64,000 bases of DNA from an uncultured Leptospirales bacterium (GTDB lineage Bacteria > Spirochaetota > UBA4802 > UBA5550): assembly GCA_964529965.1 (NCBI GenBank), contig CAZHAD010000001.1:22545-86544 (forward strand), read 5' to 3'. The translations under genes were made by a program, and so were the position numbers. Positions 49,726 to 59,095 of this stretch are shown piece by piece. The stretch's first letter is position 1; every line of letters begins with the position of its first letter. The notes beneath the pieces were generated by a model that was given only the letters and a program-made list of their open reading frames with translations, made no database searches and was not told the DNA's origin.

Positions 49726-50301
49726 ATGCGAGGAAGGGTCCGGATGAAAATTAGATGCGCTATGATTATTCTGTTCTGCATGTTTCAGGCGCGATGCGCG
49801 ACCTATTTTCACATATTCGGGGCCGGCAAGAGCACCTTCTACAACGATCGGGAATTGGCGATTCTGGAAAAAACAGTAAAAGCAATCGATTTCGGTTACG
49901 GATATGATCCGGATATAGATCTGAACTATGTATTCTCCCTTTATCACGGTTTTTCCGATTTCAAACCCGAAGACAAGGAGCTCACGCAGGCGATCGACGG
50001 GATGGGCCCCGAGACGTTGATAACCTACAGCGAAAAGATCTATTGGCTTACAAGGGTTGCGGTCTTTAAGCTGGAGAGGTACAAGGAGCTGGGCGACTGG
50101 AAGAATTATACCTTCGTTAAAAAATATCTGCTTCCTCCCCTCAATTTTTATTCCGATCTTCTTGAAAAGCAGGCCTTGAAGAAGGATAAATCCTATGCAG
50201 ATCAGATCGACAAGAGAAAAAGGGAGATCGACCTGAAGATACAGTGGGAGATGAGGCGAAGGGAATTCGAGAGATTATGGAAGTATGACTATAATTCGTA
50301 A
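49726..50301 (+). CDS. Hypothetical secreted protein
   Basis: Signal-peptide-like N-terminus (IILFCMFQARCA). The 3' end overlaps the next gene. Confidence 0.4.
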   Translation: MRGRVRMKIRCAMIILFCMFQARCATYFHIFGAGKSTFYNDRELAILEKTVKAIDFGYGYDPDIDLNYVFSLYHGFSDFKPEDKELTQAIDGMGPETLITYSEKIYWLTRVAVFKLERYKELGDWKNYTFVKKYLLPPLNFYSDLLEKQALKKDKSYADQIDKRKREIDLKIQWEMRRREFERLWKYDYNS

Positions 50302-51652
50302 TTCAAGGTCCCGGATTCCCGGCAAAGCCTCTTTTAGAAAGATTATGTTTGGTTTGGCCGTACTCATCGCGGCCGCCTCGCTCGTAGCCGCTTCATCGAA
50401 CGCCCCTGAGCCGTCGGTGGGCGTTCTCTGCTACCATGCTTTTCTTGACAGGAAAAATAAGCAACAATTCTGCTTTTCGATTGACGAGCTTGCGTCCCAC
50501 ATCGCCCGGCTCAGGAACGAGGGATTCCGGTTTGTGTCCGCCTCTGATATTTTCAACAACAGGATTAAGGGAGCGAGGAATATTTTAATAACCGTTGATG
50601 ACGGCAACAGGAGTGTGTATGAGGCGTACCTGAAGGTGTTCAAGCCGAATCAGATCAGGCCTCTTCTGGCAATCTATCCGCACGTCATCGGCAAAGAGAG
50701 ATACGCCCTTACTTGGCGGCAGCTCAGGGAGCTGTCGGACGACGGATGCGATATCGCGGCGCATGGCTACTTTCATCTTAAGCTCGACCGGCGGTTATTT
50801 GAAGAAAATCCGCGATATTTCAACATGGAGATATATGAATCCAAGAAAGTCCTTGAGAGGAAATTGAATCGCAGAATCGACATATTCGTGTATCCGTTCG
50901 GCGAAAGCTCGGATAGTGCAATGCACGCGCTCATGCGCGCAGGATACCGCTACGCCTTCACCATCGACGGGGGCGTCATTCACGTACCCGTGCCGCAGGG
51001 TGATTCCAGGTTCAGGCTGCCCCGGTACATGCTTACCCGGGCCGGATGGAAGTATTCCTTTAACCGGATCATCAGGGATGCGCGCCAGCCCGCGCCTTAT
51101 CGGGTCGCGCGCAAGGATGAAAATCCTGACGTGAAATCCCATGCGTTGGGCGTTGCGTATATGGATTCTGCGGAAATTCCCGGACCCGATTTCAGGAAGA
51201 AGGCCTCGGCCCATAAGAGAAAAAAATTCACGGCACCGGCGAGTCCGCTCGTTTACACGAAGCGCAAGGTGGAAAAAATGGAAGAGAGCGATACTATATT
51301 CGAAGAAGCATCGATTCGGGGCCCACAAACCGGGATGGACCGCGATGTGACGCCTGCACCGCGTGCGAAAGGCTTAATCGTGGAAGAGCCTTTTCCTGAA
51401 CTCACCACTGAGGCGTCTCTCCTCGACATGCGCGGCGGCGGGAGCTCATCGGTAAAACTGGCGAAGCTGAGCAAATCTCCGCGTTACGGGGTGGGGAAGG
51501 AAATGACCGGATATTATGCGGTAATAAAAAAATCATATAGCGATCTTACCCGCGAATCATACGCCACGTACAAAAATTTTTTGAGATTGGTGAGAAGAAA
51601 AATCAACGGGATAAAGGACCGGATCAAGGGGTACGTGGTGCGTAATTTTTAA
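50285..51652 (+). CDS. Polysaccharide deacetylase (CE4 / NodB homology) with an N-terminal anchor and a 200-aa low-complexity C-terminal extension
   Basis: TVDDGNRS (motif 1), HGYFH (motif 2) and YPFGE (motif 3). Confidence 0.7.
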   Translation: MTIIRNSRSRIPGKASFRKIMFGLAVLIAAASLVAASSNAPEPSVGVLCYHAFLDRKNKQQFCFSIDELASHIARLRNEGFRFVSASDIFNNRIKGARNILITVDDGNRSVYEAYLKVFKPNQIRPLLAIYPHVIGKERYALTWRQLRELSDDGCDIAAHGYFHLKLDRRLFEENPRYFNMEIYESKKVLERKLNRRIDIFVYPFGESSDSAMHALMRAGYRYAFTIDGGVIHVPVPQGDSRFRLPRYMLTRAGWKYSFNRIIRDARQPAPYRVARKDENPDVKSHALGVAYMDSAEIPGPDFRKKASAHKRKKFTAPASPLVYTKRKVEKMEESDTIFEEASIRGPQTGMDRDVTPAPRAKGLIVEEPFPELTTEASLLDMRGGGSSSVKLAKLSKSPRYGVGKEMTGYYAVIKKSYSDLTRESYATYKNFLRLVRRKINGIKDRIKGYVVRNF

Positions 51653-52401
51653 TCTATTTCCCTTTCAAGAATTTCCTCGGTCAGATTCATGTAATCCTCC
51701 GCGCCGGAGCTCCCCGCCTTGTACTCGAAAATGGTCTTACCCCAGCTGGGGGCCTCCTGGAGGGATACGTTTTCACGTATGAGGGTTTCGAAGAGTTTTC
51801 CCGGAAGCCGGTTTTCGGTCTCCTCTATCACCTCCCGGTTGATGGCGCGTTTCGCGTTGTACATGGTGCCGATGATTCCCGTGATTTCGATATGCTTGTT
51901 CAGCCTTCGCTTTACGACCTGGACGGCCTCGAACAGGTTGTACATGCCGTGGAAGGGAAGGAACTGCACCTGAAGCGGCACCAGAATCTCTTTTGAGTAT
52001 GCCATGGCGTTGAGCGTGAGTATGCCCAGTGAAGGGGGGCAGTCGATGATGACGAAATCGTAATGATTGACTGATTCGAGCGCGTCCCTGAGAAGAAACT
52101 CCTTGGCCGGTATGGGCAGGAATTCAATGTCCTTGAGATCCTGGTTCGCCGGAATCAGGTGCATGTCGTTGCGGTTGATCAGTATCTCCTCATAAGGCAT
52201 CTCTCCCTTGAGCACGTCGAAAATCGATTTTTTGATCTGTTTCGGATTATAGCCGAGATGATAGGTGGCCTGGGCCTGGTGGTCAAGGTCTATGATGCAG
52301 ACTTTTTTGCCCTTGATTTGAAGCGCGGCGGCGATGTTAACCGCGCTGGTCGTTTTGCCGACCCCGCCCTTATTGTTGGAAATAGCGATAATCCTCATCA
52401 C
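51649..52401 (-). CDS. ParA/MinD-family ATPase (orphan; no parB nearby)
   Basis: Deviant Walker A NNKGGVGKTT. Length and motifs match ParA/Soj. Confidence 0.8.
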   Translation of the reverse strand: MMRIIAISNNKGGVGKTTSAVNIAAALQIKGKKVCIIDLDHQAQATYHLGYNPKQIKKSIFDVLKGEMPYEEILINRNDMHLIPANQDLKDIEFLPIPAKEFLLRDALESVNHYDFVIIDCPPSLGILTLNAMAYSKEILVPLQVQFLPFHGMYNLFEAVQVVKRRLNKHIEITGIIGTMYNAKRAINREVIEETENRLPGKLFETLIRENVSLQEAPSWGKTIFEYKAGSSGAEDYMNLTEEILEREID

Positions 52402-52436
52402 CCACCTCGTATTTAGCTACGCTGACACACTCTCTT

Positions 52437-52700
52437 TTGTCAATGAATAAAACGCTAAAACTATTGACATCTGAATGGAAAGGCGTCAGGGTGCCATTGA
52501 TGGATCAGATCACCGCAAGAGACAAGAAGATGGCGCAGCAGTGCCTCGACTGCCCGGTTTGCTCCCACGCCAGGAAAAAGCAGCGCGGCCTCGCCTACTG
52601 GCTCGTCAAGAATGTCGAGCGCGGCCTCTGTCCCTTCTGCGCAGCGTACGAGAGGGTGTACGGCAAAAAGGCGCATGAGGCCATAGACGGAGAACATTAA
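52437..52700 (+). CDS. Small zinc-ribbon-like protein
   Basis: CLDCPVC and CPFC Cys pairs in 87 aa. Stop is 3 nt before the next start. Confidence 0.45.
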   Translation: MSMNKTLKLLTSEWKGVRVPLMDQITARDKKMAQQCLDCPVCSHARKKQRGLAYWLVKNVERGLCPFCAAYERVYGKKAHEAIDGEH

Positions 52701-52703
52701 CCA

Positions 52704-54377
52704 ATGAACAAGCCCGGCCTGTACCTGGGCCTCGATGTGGGCGGCACCCATACTGACGCGGTCTTGATCGGCGACGCAGGAATCATAGCGCACTACAAGG
52801 CGGTCACCGACCGTGAAAACCTCATCCTTTCGGTAAGGAAGGCGATCGAAGAGATATCAAGAAACGCCGACCGCTCGGAAATAAAGCGTATAAACCTGAG
52901 CACCACCCTGTCCACCAATGCAATCGTCGAAAACAAGCTTGAAGACGTGTGCGTCATCGCCTCGTCGGGGCCGGGTATCGATCCCGATAATTTCAGGATA
53001 GGCCCGCACTATTATACGGTAGGAGGCTCCATCGACCACCGGGGCGCCGAGGTCAGGGGACTCGATACAAGGCTCGTCTCAAGGATCGCAAAAGAGGCGT
53101 CCGAAAAGGGGGTCAGAGCCTTTGCCGCGGTAACCAAATTTTCAACCAGGAACCCCGAGCACGAAAACATCATCGCCAGGGAGGTCGGAAAGGCGGCGGA
53201 ATACATCACCCTGGGCCACAAGCTTTCGGGCCAGCTTTCCTTCCCCAGGCGCATCGTGACCGCGTATTTCAACTCTGCGGTGCGCCGGATATTCAAAGAT
53301 TTTTCAGATTCGATCGAGGCGGGGCTGCGCGAGCTGGGAATCGACGCCGAGGTCAACGTGCTTAAGGCCGACGGAGGCACCATGCCGTTCGCGCTTGCGC
53401 GCGGTGTTCCGGTGGAATCGATCCTGTCGGGCCCTGCCGCGAGCGTCATGGGCATCGCCGCGCTTTGTGATATCACCCGTGACGCGGTCATGCTCGACAT
53501 CGGGGGAACGACCACGGACATCGCCATATTCGCCGCGGGCGTGCCCCTTATCGAACGTGAGGGGATCTCGATCCAGGGGTTTCCCACGCTCGTCCGGGGC
53601 CTGCTTGCGCGCTCCATCGGCGTGGGCGGGGACTCCGCGATCCATGTGCGCGCGGGGAGTGTTTCCGTCGGTCCCGACCGGAGGGGCCCGGCAATGGCCG
53701 CGGGCGGCGGCGCACCCACGCTTGTCGATGCGCTGAATTCAACCGGAATCATCGGTTTCATGGACACGGCCGCGTCCGCGCAGGGCATACGGGACCTCGC
53801 GGACAGGGAGGGCGTCGCTCCCGAAAAGCTCGCCCTGGATGCGGTCGAGTACGCGGTGCAAAGGATAAAGGACGAGGTGCAGGACATGCTCGAGGGGATC
53901 CGGAACCGGCCGGTATACACCGTTCACGAGATGCTCGAGGGAAGCGCCATCAGGCCTTCGGTGGTGTACGTGATGGGAGGGCCCGCCCTGGGCTTTCGCG
54001 ACAGGCTCGCCGGCTGGCTCGGCATGGAGGTGGTGGTGCCGCATCATTACGACGTCGCCAATGCAGCGGGCGCGGCGCTTTCTAAAACCACGATCAACGT
54101 CGAGCTGTTTGCGGACACCGCAAGGAGAAGGATGATTATACCCAGCATTGACGTCAAACGGGAGATACCCGCGGATTACAGCCTTTTGGACGCAGAAAAG
54201 GACGCATGCGCCTGCCTTGCGGACCACCTGCGCGGTCTGTCCATATCGGCGGGAGGCGACGATATGGAAGTCATCGAGGCGAGCTCATTCAACGTGGTTG
54301 AAGGCTTCTACACCACGGGTAGGGACATCAGGGTCAGGTGCCAGATCAAGCCGGGCGTGGTCAGGAGGCTGTCGTGA
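52704..54377 (+). CDS. Hydantoinase/oxoprolinase A-family (HyuA-like, ASKHA ATPase) protein
   Basis: LGLDVGGTHTDAVL phosphate-1 motif. VLKADGGTMP....SGPAASVMG....LDIGGTTTDIAIF. Confidence 0.65.
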   Translation: MNKPGLYLGLDVGGTHTDAVLIGDAGIIAHYKAVTDRENLILSVRKAIEEISRNADRSEIKRINLSTTLSTNAIVENKLEDVCVIASSGPGIDPDNFRIGPHYYTVGGSIDHRGAEVRGLDTRLVSRIAKEASEKGVRAFAAVTKFSTRNPEHENIIAREVGKAAEYITLGHKLSGQLSFPRRIVTAYFNSAVRRIFKDFSDSIEAGLRELGIDAEVNVLKADGGTMPFALARGVPVESILSGPAASVMGIAALCDITRDAVMLDIGGTTTDIAIFAAGVPLIEREGISIQGFPTLVRGLLARSIGVGGDSAIHVRAGSVSVGPDRRGPAMAAGGGAPTLVDALNSTGIIGFMDTAASAQGIRDLADREGVAPEKLALDAVEYAVQRIKDEVQDMLEGIRNRPVYTVHEMLEGSAIRPSVVYVMGGPALGFRDRLAGWLGMEVVVPHHYDVANAAGAALSKTTINVELFADTARRRMIIPSIDVKREIPADYSLLDAEKDACACLADHLRGLSISAGGDDMEVIEASSFNVVEGFYTTGRDIRVRCQIKPGVVRRLS

Positions 54378-54394
54378 TTAAGGCCGCACAACGC

Positions 54395-55684
54395 ATGGGA
54401 CTCATATTCTTCCCCGCATACGACTGGGCCATATCACCCACGCATCCGGAGCGGGAGGAGCGGCTCCTCTACACCCAGGACCAGCTCAGGGAGGAGGGGA
54501 TCTTCGACATCCAGGGGATCGTCGAATACAAGCCCGATATCGCCGCTGAAGAGGACGTACTGAGGGCCCACTTCTGCTTTCCGGACGTGGCCGGGGTCAC
54601 CACCGAATCTCACATGATTTCCGCTGGCGGGGCGATCAGGGCCGCGCGCCTGAGGCTCGACGGCGAGGTGGACAAGGCCTTTGCGCTGGTGAGGCCCCCC
54701 GGGCATCACGCCATGAAGTCGGTGCACGGAAACCGTGGGTTCTGCAATATAAACAATGAGGCCATAATGATCGAGTACATCCGCGATCATTATCCGGTGA
54801 AGCGCATGGCGGTGGTGGACACCGACTGCCACCACGGCGACGGGACCCAGGACATCTACTGGAACGATCCCGACATCCTTTACATATCGATTCATCAGGA
54901 CGGGCGCACCCTCTACCCCGGATCGGGCCACGTGAACGAGTGCGGCGGGCCCGCGGCCGTCGGCAGGACCGTGAACATCCCCCTGCCGCCGGGGACCTCG
55001 GACGAGGGAATCCTGTTCGCGATCGACGAGATGGTGATGCCGATACTCAGGGACTTCAAGCCCGAGATCATCGTCAACTCCGCCGGCCAGGACAACCATT
55101 ACTCCGACCCGATCACGAATATGAATTTTTCCGCGCAGGGATACGCGACCCTGAACCACAGGCTCGGCCCGGATATCGCGGTGCTCGAGGGCGGATACTC
55201 CATTCAGGGAGCGCTCCCCTACGTGAACCTGGGCATTATACTGGCCATGGCGGGCGTGGATTACTCCCACGTGAGGGAGCCTGATTTCGACCCGGACGCG
55301 GTGTGGCAGGACGAGAACATCATGAATTACATCAGACGGCTCAAGGACGTGGTCCTGGGCGTCTATTTTGAGCCGCCTTCGTATGAAGGGCTGCCGCCCT
55401 ATGGGCAGTACATGACCAGGAAGAAGAACATATTTTACGACACGGATGGAATCAGGGAAAGCCAGCTCGAGTCGGTCATGCGGTGCAAAGAATGTCGCGG
55501 GGTCTGGAGCCTCGAGACCTCCTCCTCCGTGTATCCCCTCTCTCTCGGCATAGAGATACCGATCGGCGCGTGCAAGGCCTGCCAGAAAGAGGGGAAGCGC
55601 CTCCTGGATGAGGCGATGAAGTCGGGCAGGTATAAAACGATCCAGGTGATCGATCGGGTCGGGAAGGAATATTATCGGGCGTGA
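54395..55684 (+). CDS. Histone-deacetylase-superfamily (HDAC/AcuC/APAH-like) protein with a C-terminal zinc-ribbon extension
   Basis: RPPGHHA, GFCNINN, DTDCHHGDGTQ and EGGYS catalytic motifs. C-terminal CKECRG...CKACQKEG. Confidence 0.7.
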   Translation: MGLIFFPAYDWAISPTHPEREERLLYTQDQLREEGIFDIQGIVEYKPDIAAEEDVLRAHFCFPDVAGVTTESHMISAGGAIRAARLRLDGEVDKAFALVRPPGHHAMKSVHGNRGFCNINNEAIMIEYIRDHYPVKRMAVVDTDCHHGDGTQDIYWNDPDILYISIHQDGRTLYPGSGHVNECGGPAAVGRTVNIPLPPGTSDEGILFAIDEMVMPILRDFKPEIIVNSAGQDNHYSDPITNMNFSAQGYATLNHRLGPDIAVLEGGYSIQGALPYVNLGIILAMAGVDYSHVREPDFDPDAVWQDENIMNYIRRLKDVVLGVYFEPPSYEGLPPYGQYMTRKKNIFYDTDGIRESQLESVMRCKECRGVWSLETSSSVYPLSLGIEIPIGACKACQKEGKRLLDEAMKSGRYKTIQVIDRVGKEYYRA

Positions 55685-55710
55685 TGTCCGCAGGTGCTTG
55701 TATTACAAAT

Positions 55711-56382
55711 CTACCTCTGAATCCCGATATCGAACCGGCCGTCCTGTATATACACCGGCTCGGTTGATTCAAAAGACCTCAATTTCCCGGAAAAGGTGCC
55801 TCTCGCCCTTCCGCCCGGGCCTCCCCATTCAGTAATTATAAGCTCGAAGGGACTGGTTTGATCCAGGGAGTACAAGACGCCCTTGTCCAAACCGATGTAT
55901 TGAAATATGAAATTCTCCGATTTTTCGTTGTACGTTCCGGGCCCGATTTCCAGCGGCAGCATCATCGAAATGACGTTTTTGAACGTGGACTGATCGGATA
56001 GATTCATGGCATTGAGGTTTTCCACAAAGCTCGCGGTGTATCCGGTAAATTGAGGGGACGCGGTGATTTTGGTGAAATTCTTGATCGCCTTAAAATTATA
56101 AACCTTATATTCCCCCTTAAGCACTGCGGCGAAGCTTATGCTGTTTTCAGAAACGGTGCTGGTTTCCTCTCTGTTCTCATTTAATATTTCATTGCCGATT
56201 CTGCTTTCTTCCTGGGATTGGGGACCGGTATCGTGATTTTTAACATCAGGGACGGATTCACCGCTTATCGTATCCGGCATAATGGACTTATGATTGATAT
56301 TTGATTTATCTGATTTTCTGAAAATGAGATAGAGTGACAGCCCTGTCGCGATCAGAATTACTAGTGTAATATGTTTTTTCAT
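55711..56382 (-). CDS. Hypothetical secreted protein downstream of tonB
   Basis: Signal peptide/TM (ITLVILIATGLSLYLIF). No recognised motif. Confidence 0.4.
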   Translation of the reverse strand: MKKHITLVILIATGLSLYLIFRKSDKSNINHKSIMPDTISGESVPDVKNHDTGPQSQEESRIGNEILNENREETSTVSENSISFAAVLKGEYKVYNFKAIKNFTKITASPQFTGYTASFVENLNAMNLSDQSTFKNVISMMLPLEIGPGTYNEKSENFIFQYIGLDKGVLYSLDQTSPFELIITEWGGPGGRARGTFSGKLRSFESTEPVYIQDGRFDIGIQR

Positions 56383-56428
56383 ACGAGGTAGTTTACCTGA
56401 ATTAATGGCTATGTAGAAAACCCCACAA

Positions 56429-57103
56429 TTAATCCTCGAGCACGAACGTGATGGGCAGGTTCAGGAACATCTTGACCGGCCTGCCGCCCGTGTATCCCGG
56501 TTTGAACCGTATCTTTTTTATCACTTTTATCGCGGCCTTGTCGAATCCGTATCCGGCCGGGGGCGTGATTATTTTGTAGCTCTGTACCGACCCGTCCTCG
56601 TTGATCTGCAGATGAACGAGGACCGTTTTGCGCGTGATGTTGGCGGACCGGGCCGCCGCCGGAAAGTATCTGTTCAGATCGAAGTCCACTATGGGCACGG
56701 GGCCGCGGTCGCCGAAGTCCGCGGACAGGTATCCGTCAGGGTCCGTGCCCGTTCCCGACATCCGGTTGATGTCCACGTCGGTGTTTTTCGCATCCGGGCC
56801 GTTTTTGCTCGCGCCTTCTATCCATTCCTCCTTTTTTACCGGCGCGGGGTTGGAGTCGCTTCCCAGAAGACCGGGCGGCGGGAGATCGATGAAATCCACG
56901 TCAACGTCCACCGCCTTGAAATTTTTCGCGTCGTACACGGTGTCGTCGTTGTCGAATTTCGGCAGATTGGATATGTAGTAAGAGCCGTACGCGATGCCGT
57001 GAATCAGAAAGGAAACCGCAAGGCACACCTTGAACACGTCCATCTTCCGTATTTTCTTTTTGAATATGCGGTACCACGCTGTCATGGGTCGTAACCTGCT
57101 CAA
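56429..57103 (-). CDS. tonB: TonB-family energy transducer
   Basis: N-terminal TM, Pro-rich linker (LPPPGLLGSDSNPAPV), C-terminal TonB domain (KIRFKPGYTGGRPVKMFLNLPITF). Start overlaps the exbD stop (ATGA). Confidence 0.75.
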   Translation of the reverse strand: MSRLRPMTAWYRIFKKKIRKMDVFKVCLAVSFLIHGIAYGSYYISNLPKFDNDDTVYDAKNFKAVDVDVDFIDLPPPGLLGSDSNPAPVKKEEWIEGASKNGPDAKNTDVDINRMSGTGTDPDGYLSADFGDRGPVPIVDFDLNRYFPAAARSANITRKTVLVHLQINEDGSVQSYKIITPPAGYGFDKAAIKVIKKIRFKPGYTGGRPVKMFLNLPITFVLED

Positions 57104-57501
57104 CGTTTTACCGAAAGCGCGATGCGCGTGACCCCGGACTGACGGATGAGGCCCATGACCTTTGCTATGGTCCCATATGGCAGCCGCTCGTCTGCCGAGA
57201 GCGTCACCCTCATGTTCGGCCTGTATCGCGATTCCCGGGACAATTTCGCGACCATATTGTCCTCCGTGATGTCGATTCCCTCCATCAGGAGCCTGCCTTG
57301 CCTGGTAAGCGCGATCTGCACGGACTGCGCGACGTTAGGGTCTGAGGCGTTCACCTTGGGCAGGTTGATGTTGACCGATTCCTGCTTCAGAAAATTGGCG
57401 GTCACCATGAATATGACGAGGAGCACCAAGAGCACGTCCACCATGGGAGTGATGTTGATATAACCGATCTCGTCGTCGTCTCCGCCTGGTTGTGTTGCCA
57501 T
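57100..57501 (-). CDS. exbD: Biopolymer transport protein ExbD/TolR
   Basis: INITPMVDVLLVLLVIFMV TM segment typical of ExbD. Confidence 0.85.
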   Translation of the reverse strand: MATQPGGDDDEIGYINITPMVDVLLVLLVIFMVTANFLKQESVNINLPKVNASDPNVAQSVQIALTRQGRLLMEGIDITEDNMVAKLSRESRYRPNMRVTLSADERLPYGTIAKVMGLIRQSGVTRIALSVKR

Positions 57502-57507
57502 TGGCTG

Positions 57508-58149
57508 TTACCTCTTTTTGGTTTTGGATTTCCTGCCGAACAGGCTCGCGCTGAATTCCTTGGATAAAATCTCGAGCCGCTGCATGATGAGCTTGACGTT
57601 TTTTGCGAAGTAGTTGTTCGCCATGACCGCCGGTATGGCGATGAAGAGCCCCGCCGCGGTCGCGAGAAGGGCCCTCGAAATGCTCCTCATGACCACGTCC
57701 GCACCGGTGCTGCCGAGGGTTCCAAGCCCGTGGAAGGCCTTGATTACGCCGAGAACGGTGCCGAGCAGGCCTATGAACGGCGCGTTGTTGCCCAGGGTGT
57801 TCAATATGGTGAGCCGCTTTTCAAGCATGATCCTTTCTTCTATGATCTTTCCCGACATGAGCTCCTCGAACCCGCGGGAATCCTCATCCGAGCGCTCCAG
57901 CGCGAACCGGGCGAACCGGGTGTACGAATTATCGCCGGACTTTTCCACGAGCTCCGCCACGCTCCCCGTGTCGCGATTGCGCAGGAGGTCCTTCAGCTCC
58001 TCGGCGAATCGGTTTATTTTTTTGTTGGAGTTCTTTTTGAATATGATGGTCCTCTCCATACCGACCGCAAGGGCCATAATGCTCGCTATCGCAAGCATTA
58101 TGAAAATCAGGGTTTCACCCCATCCGACAAAAATTAGCAGATCAGACAT
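57508..58149 (-). CDS. exbB: MotA/TolQ/ExbB proton channel
   Basis: LGNNAPFIGLLGTVLGVIKAF signature. Confidence 0.85.
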   Translation of the reverse strand: MSDLLIFVGWGETLIFIMLAIASIMALAVGMERTIIFKKNSNKKINRFAEELKDLLRNRDTGSVAELVEKSGDNSYTRFARFALERSDEDSRGFEELMSGKIIEERIMLEKRLTILNTLGNNAPFIGLLGTVLGVIKAFHGLGTLGSTGADVVMRSISRALLATAAGLFIAIPAVMANNYFAKNVKLIMQRLEILSKEFSASLFGRKSKTKKR

Positions 58150-58342
58150 TTCTCCTCTCTTTTTTTAAGGTGTAAGCGCGCACGGGCTGCACCCTAATAA
58201 TCATCCGCCGCCAGCGCAATTCATTTTTTCAAGGATTACGTGTTATGACATTGATATGCACCCGGGTGTTACATCAGCCGATAATGAATATGACTGTTGG
58301 GTCCCGCATGTATGGAGCCCGTCGTCGAGGAAGAATGTTTTT

Positions 58343-58573
58343 TCACCTGAATTTGCTGATGAGATAGATCAGGAGGCTCAGGACGATGCTGAGTATGATG
58401 CTCGTGACGATAGGAAAATGAAAGCTGAAATGTTCCCGCCTGATGTTTATGTCGCCCGGGAGCCTGCCGAGATATTTAAGAAAAGGTATCGAGTCTTTGA
58501 AAAGCAAAATTATCCCGATCAGCACGAGTATTGCGCCTATTATGATGAAGCTTTTTCCCAGCCAGTGTGCCAT
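58343..58573 (-). CDS. DUF2905-family small membrane protein
   Basis: GRLPGDINIRREHFSFHFPIVTSIILSIVLSLLIYLI matches the DUF2905 pattern. Confidence 0.65.
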   Translation of the reverse strand: MAHWLGKSFIIIGAILVLIGIILLFKDSIPFLKYLGRLPGDINIRREHFSFHFPIVTSIILSIVLSLLIYLISKFR

Positions 58574-58718
58574 GGTTTAATCCTTGCATTAACTGTATAA
58601 TATGAATACAAAAGACGATCACTGAATAATTTGAAAGTAATTTTTATGAAGCCTGTGACATAAATATACATTTTAAACGAGTATTAATTCCAAAGCCCCC
58701 TAACCCCCCGGAGGGGGT

Positions 58719-59059
58719 CCGCCGATTCACGCCGATGAACGCGGATGAGAATTCTCATTCGGATAAAATTATTGATTGTATTATAGGATGTGCTTATAAA
58801 ATACCCCGCAGCAAGCTGCGGGGTATTTTATCACATAATGTTTTGCGCGCCTCATCCCCGGAGCAGAGCTCAGGGGTTTTCGGGCGCGCTGTGATAAATT
58901 GGAATTAAATCGGGTTTTGGCTTTTTTTTAAAAAGGTATAAAAATCTGCTTACCCATGAAATTGGGAAAGAAAGGGATTGGAAGTTGAGTAACAAAATTG
59001 ACAATTTTTAAACAATCTATAAATCCGCGTTCATCGGCGTGAATCGGCGGTTGCCAATA
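58719..59059. repeat. 341-bp element bounded by perfect 28-bp terminal inverted repeats (MITE-like or structured-RNA candidate)
   Basis: Left CCGCCGATTCACGCCGATGAACGCGGAT (58719-58746). Right ATCCGCGTTCATCGGCGTGAATCGGCGG (59032-59059), its exact reverse complement. The interior holds a 14-bp palindrome ATGAGAATTCTCAT and a 15-bp-stem hairpin. Confidence 0.6.
58797..58830. terminator. Strong bidirectional terminator-like hairpin inside the inverted-repeat element
   Basis: AAAATACCCCGCAGC-aagc-GCTGCGGGGTATTTT, with an A-run on one side and a T-run on the other. It lies in a divergent intergenic region where no gene ends. Confidence 0.45.
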
Positions 59060-59095
59060 TTTATTTTTAGATTAATAGTTGAATAGCCGCATATA

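Noticed and set aside
53012-53920. 302-aa minus-strand ORF inside the hydantoinase-like gene, and the similar 54434-55270 ORF inside the HDAC-like gene
   Set aside because: These are antisense shadow ORFs of well-supported plus-strand genes. Their products are Ser/Pro/Arg-rich with no motifs.
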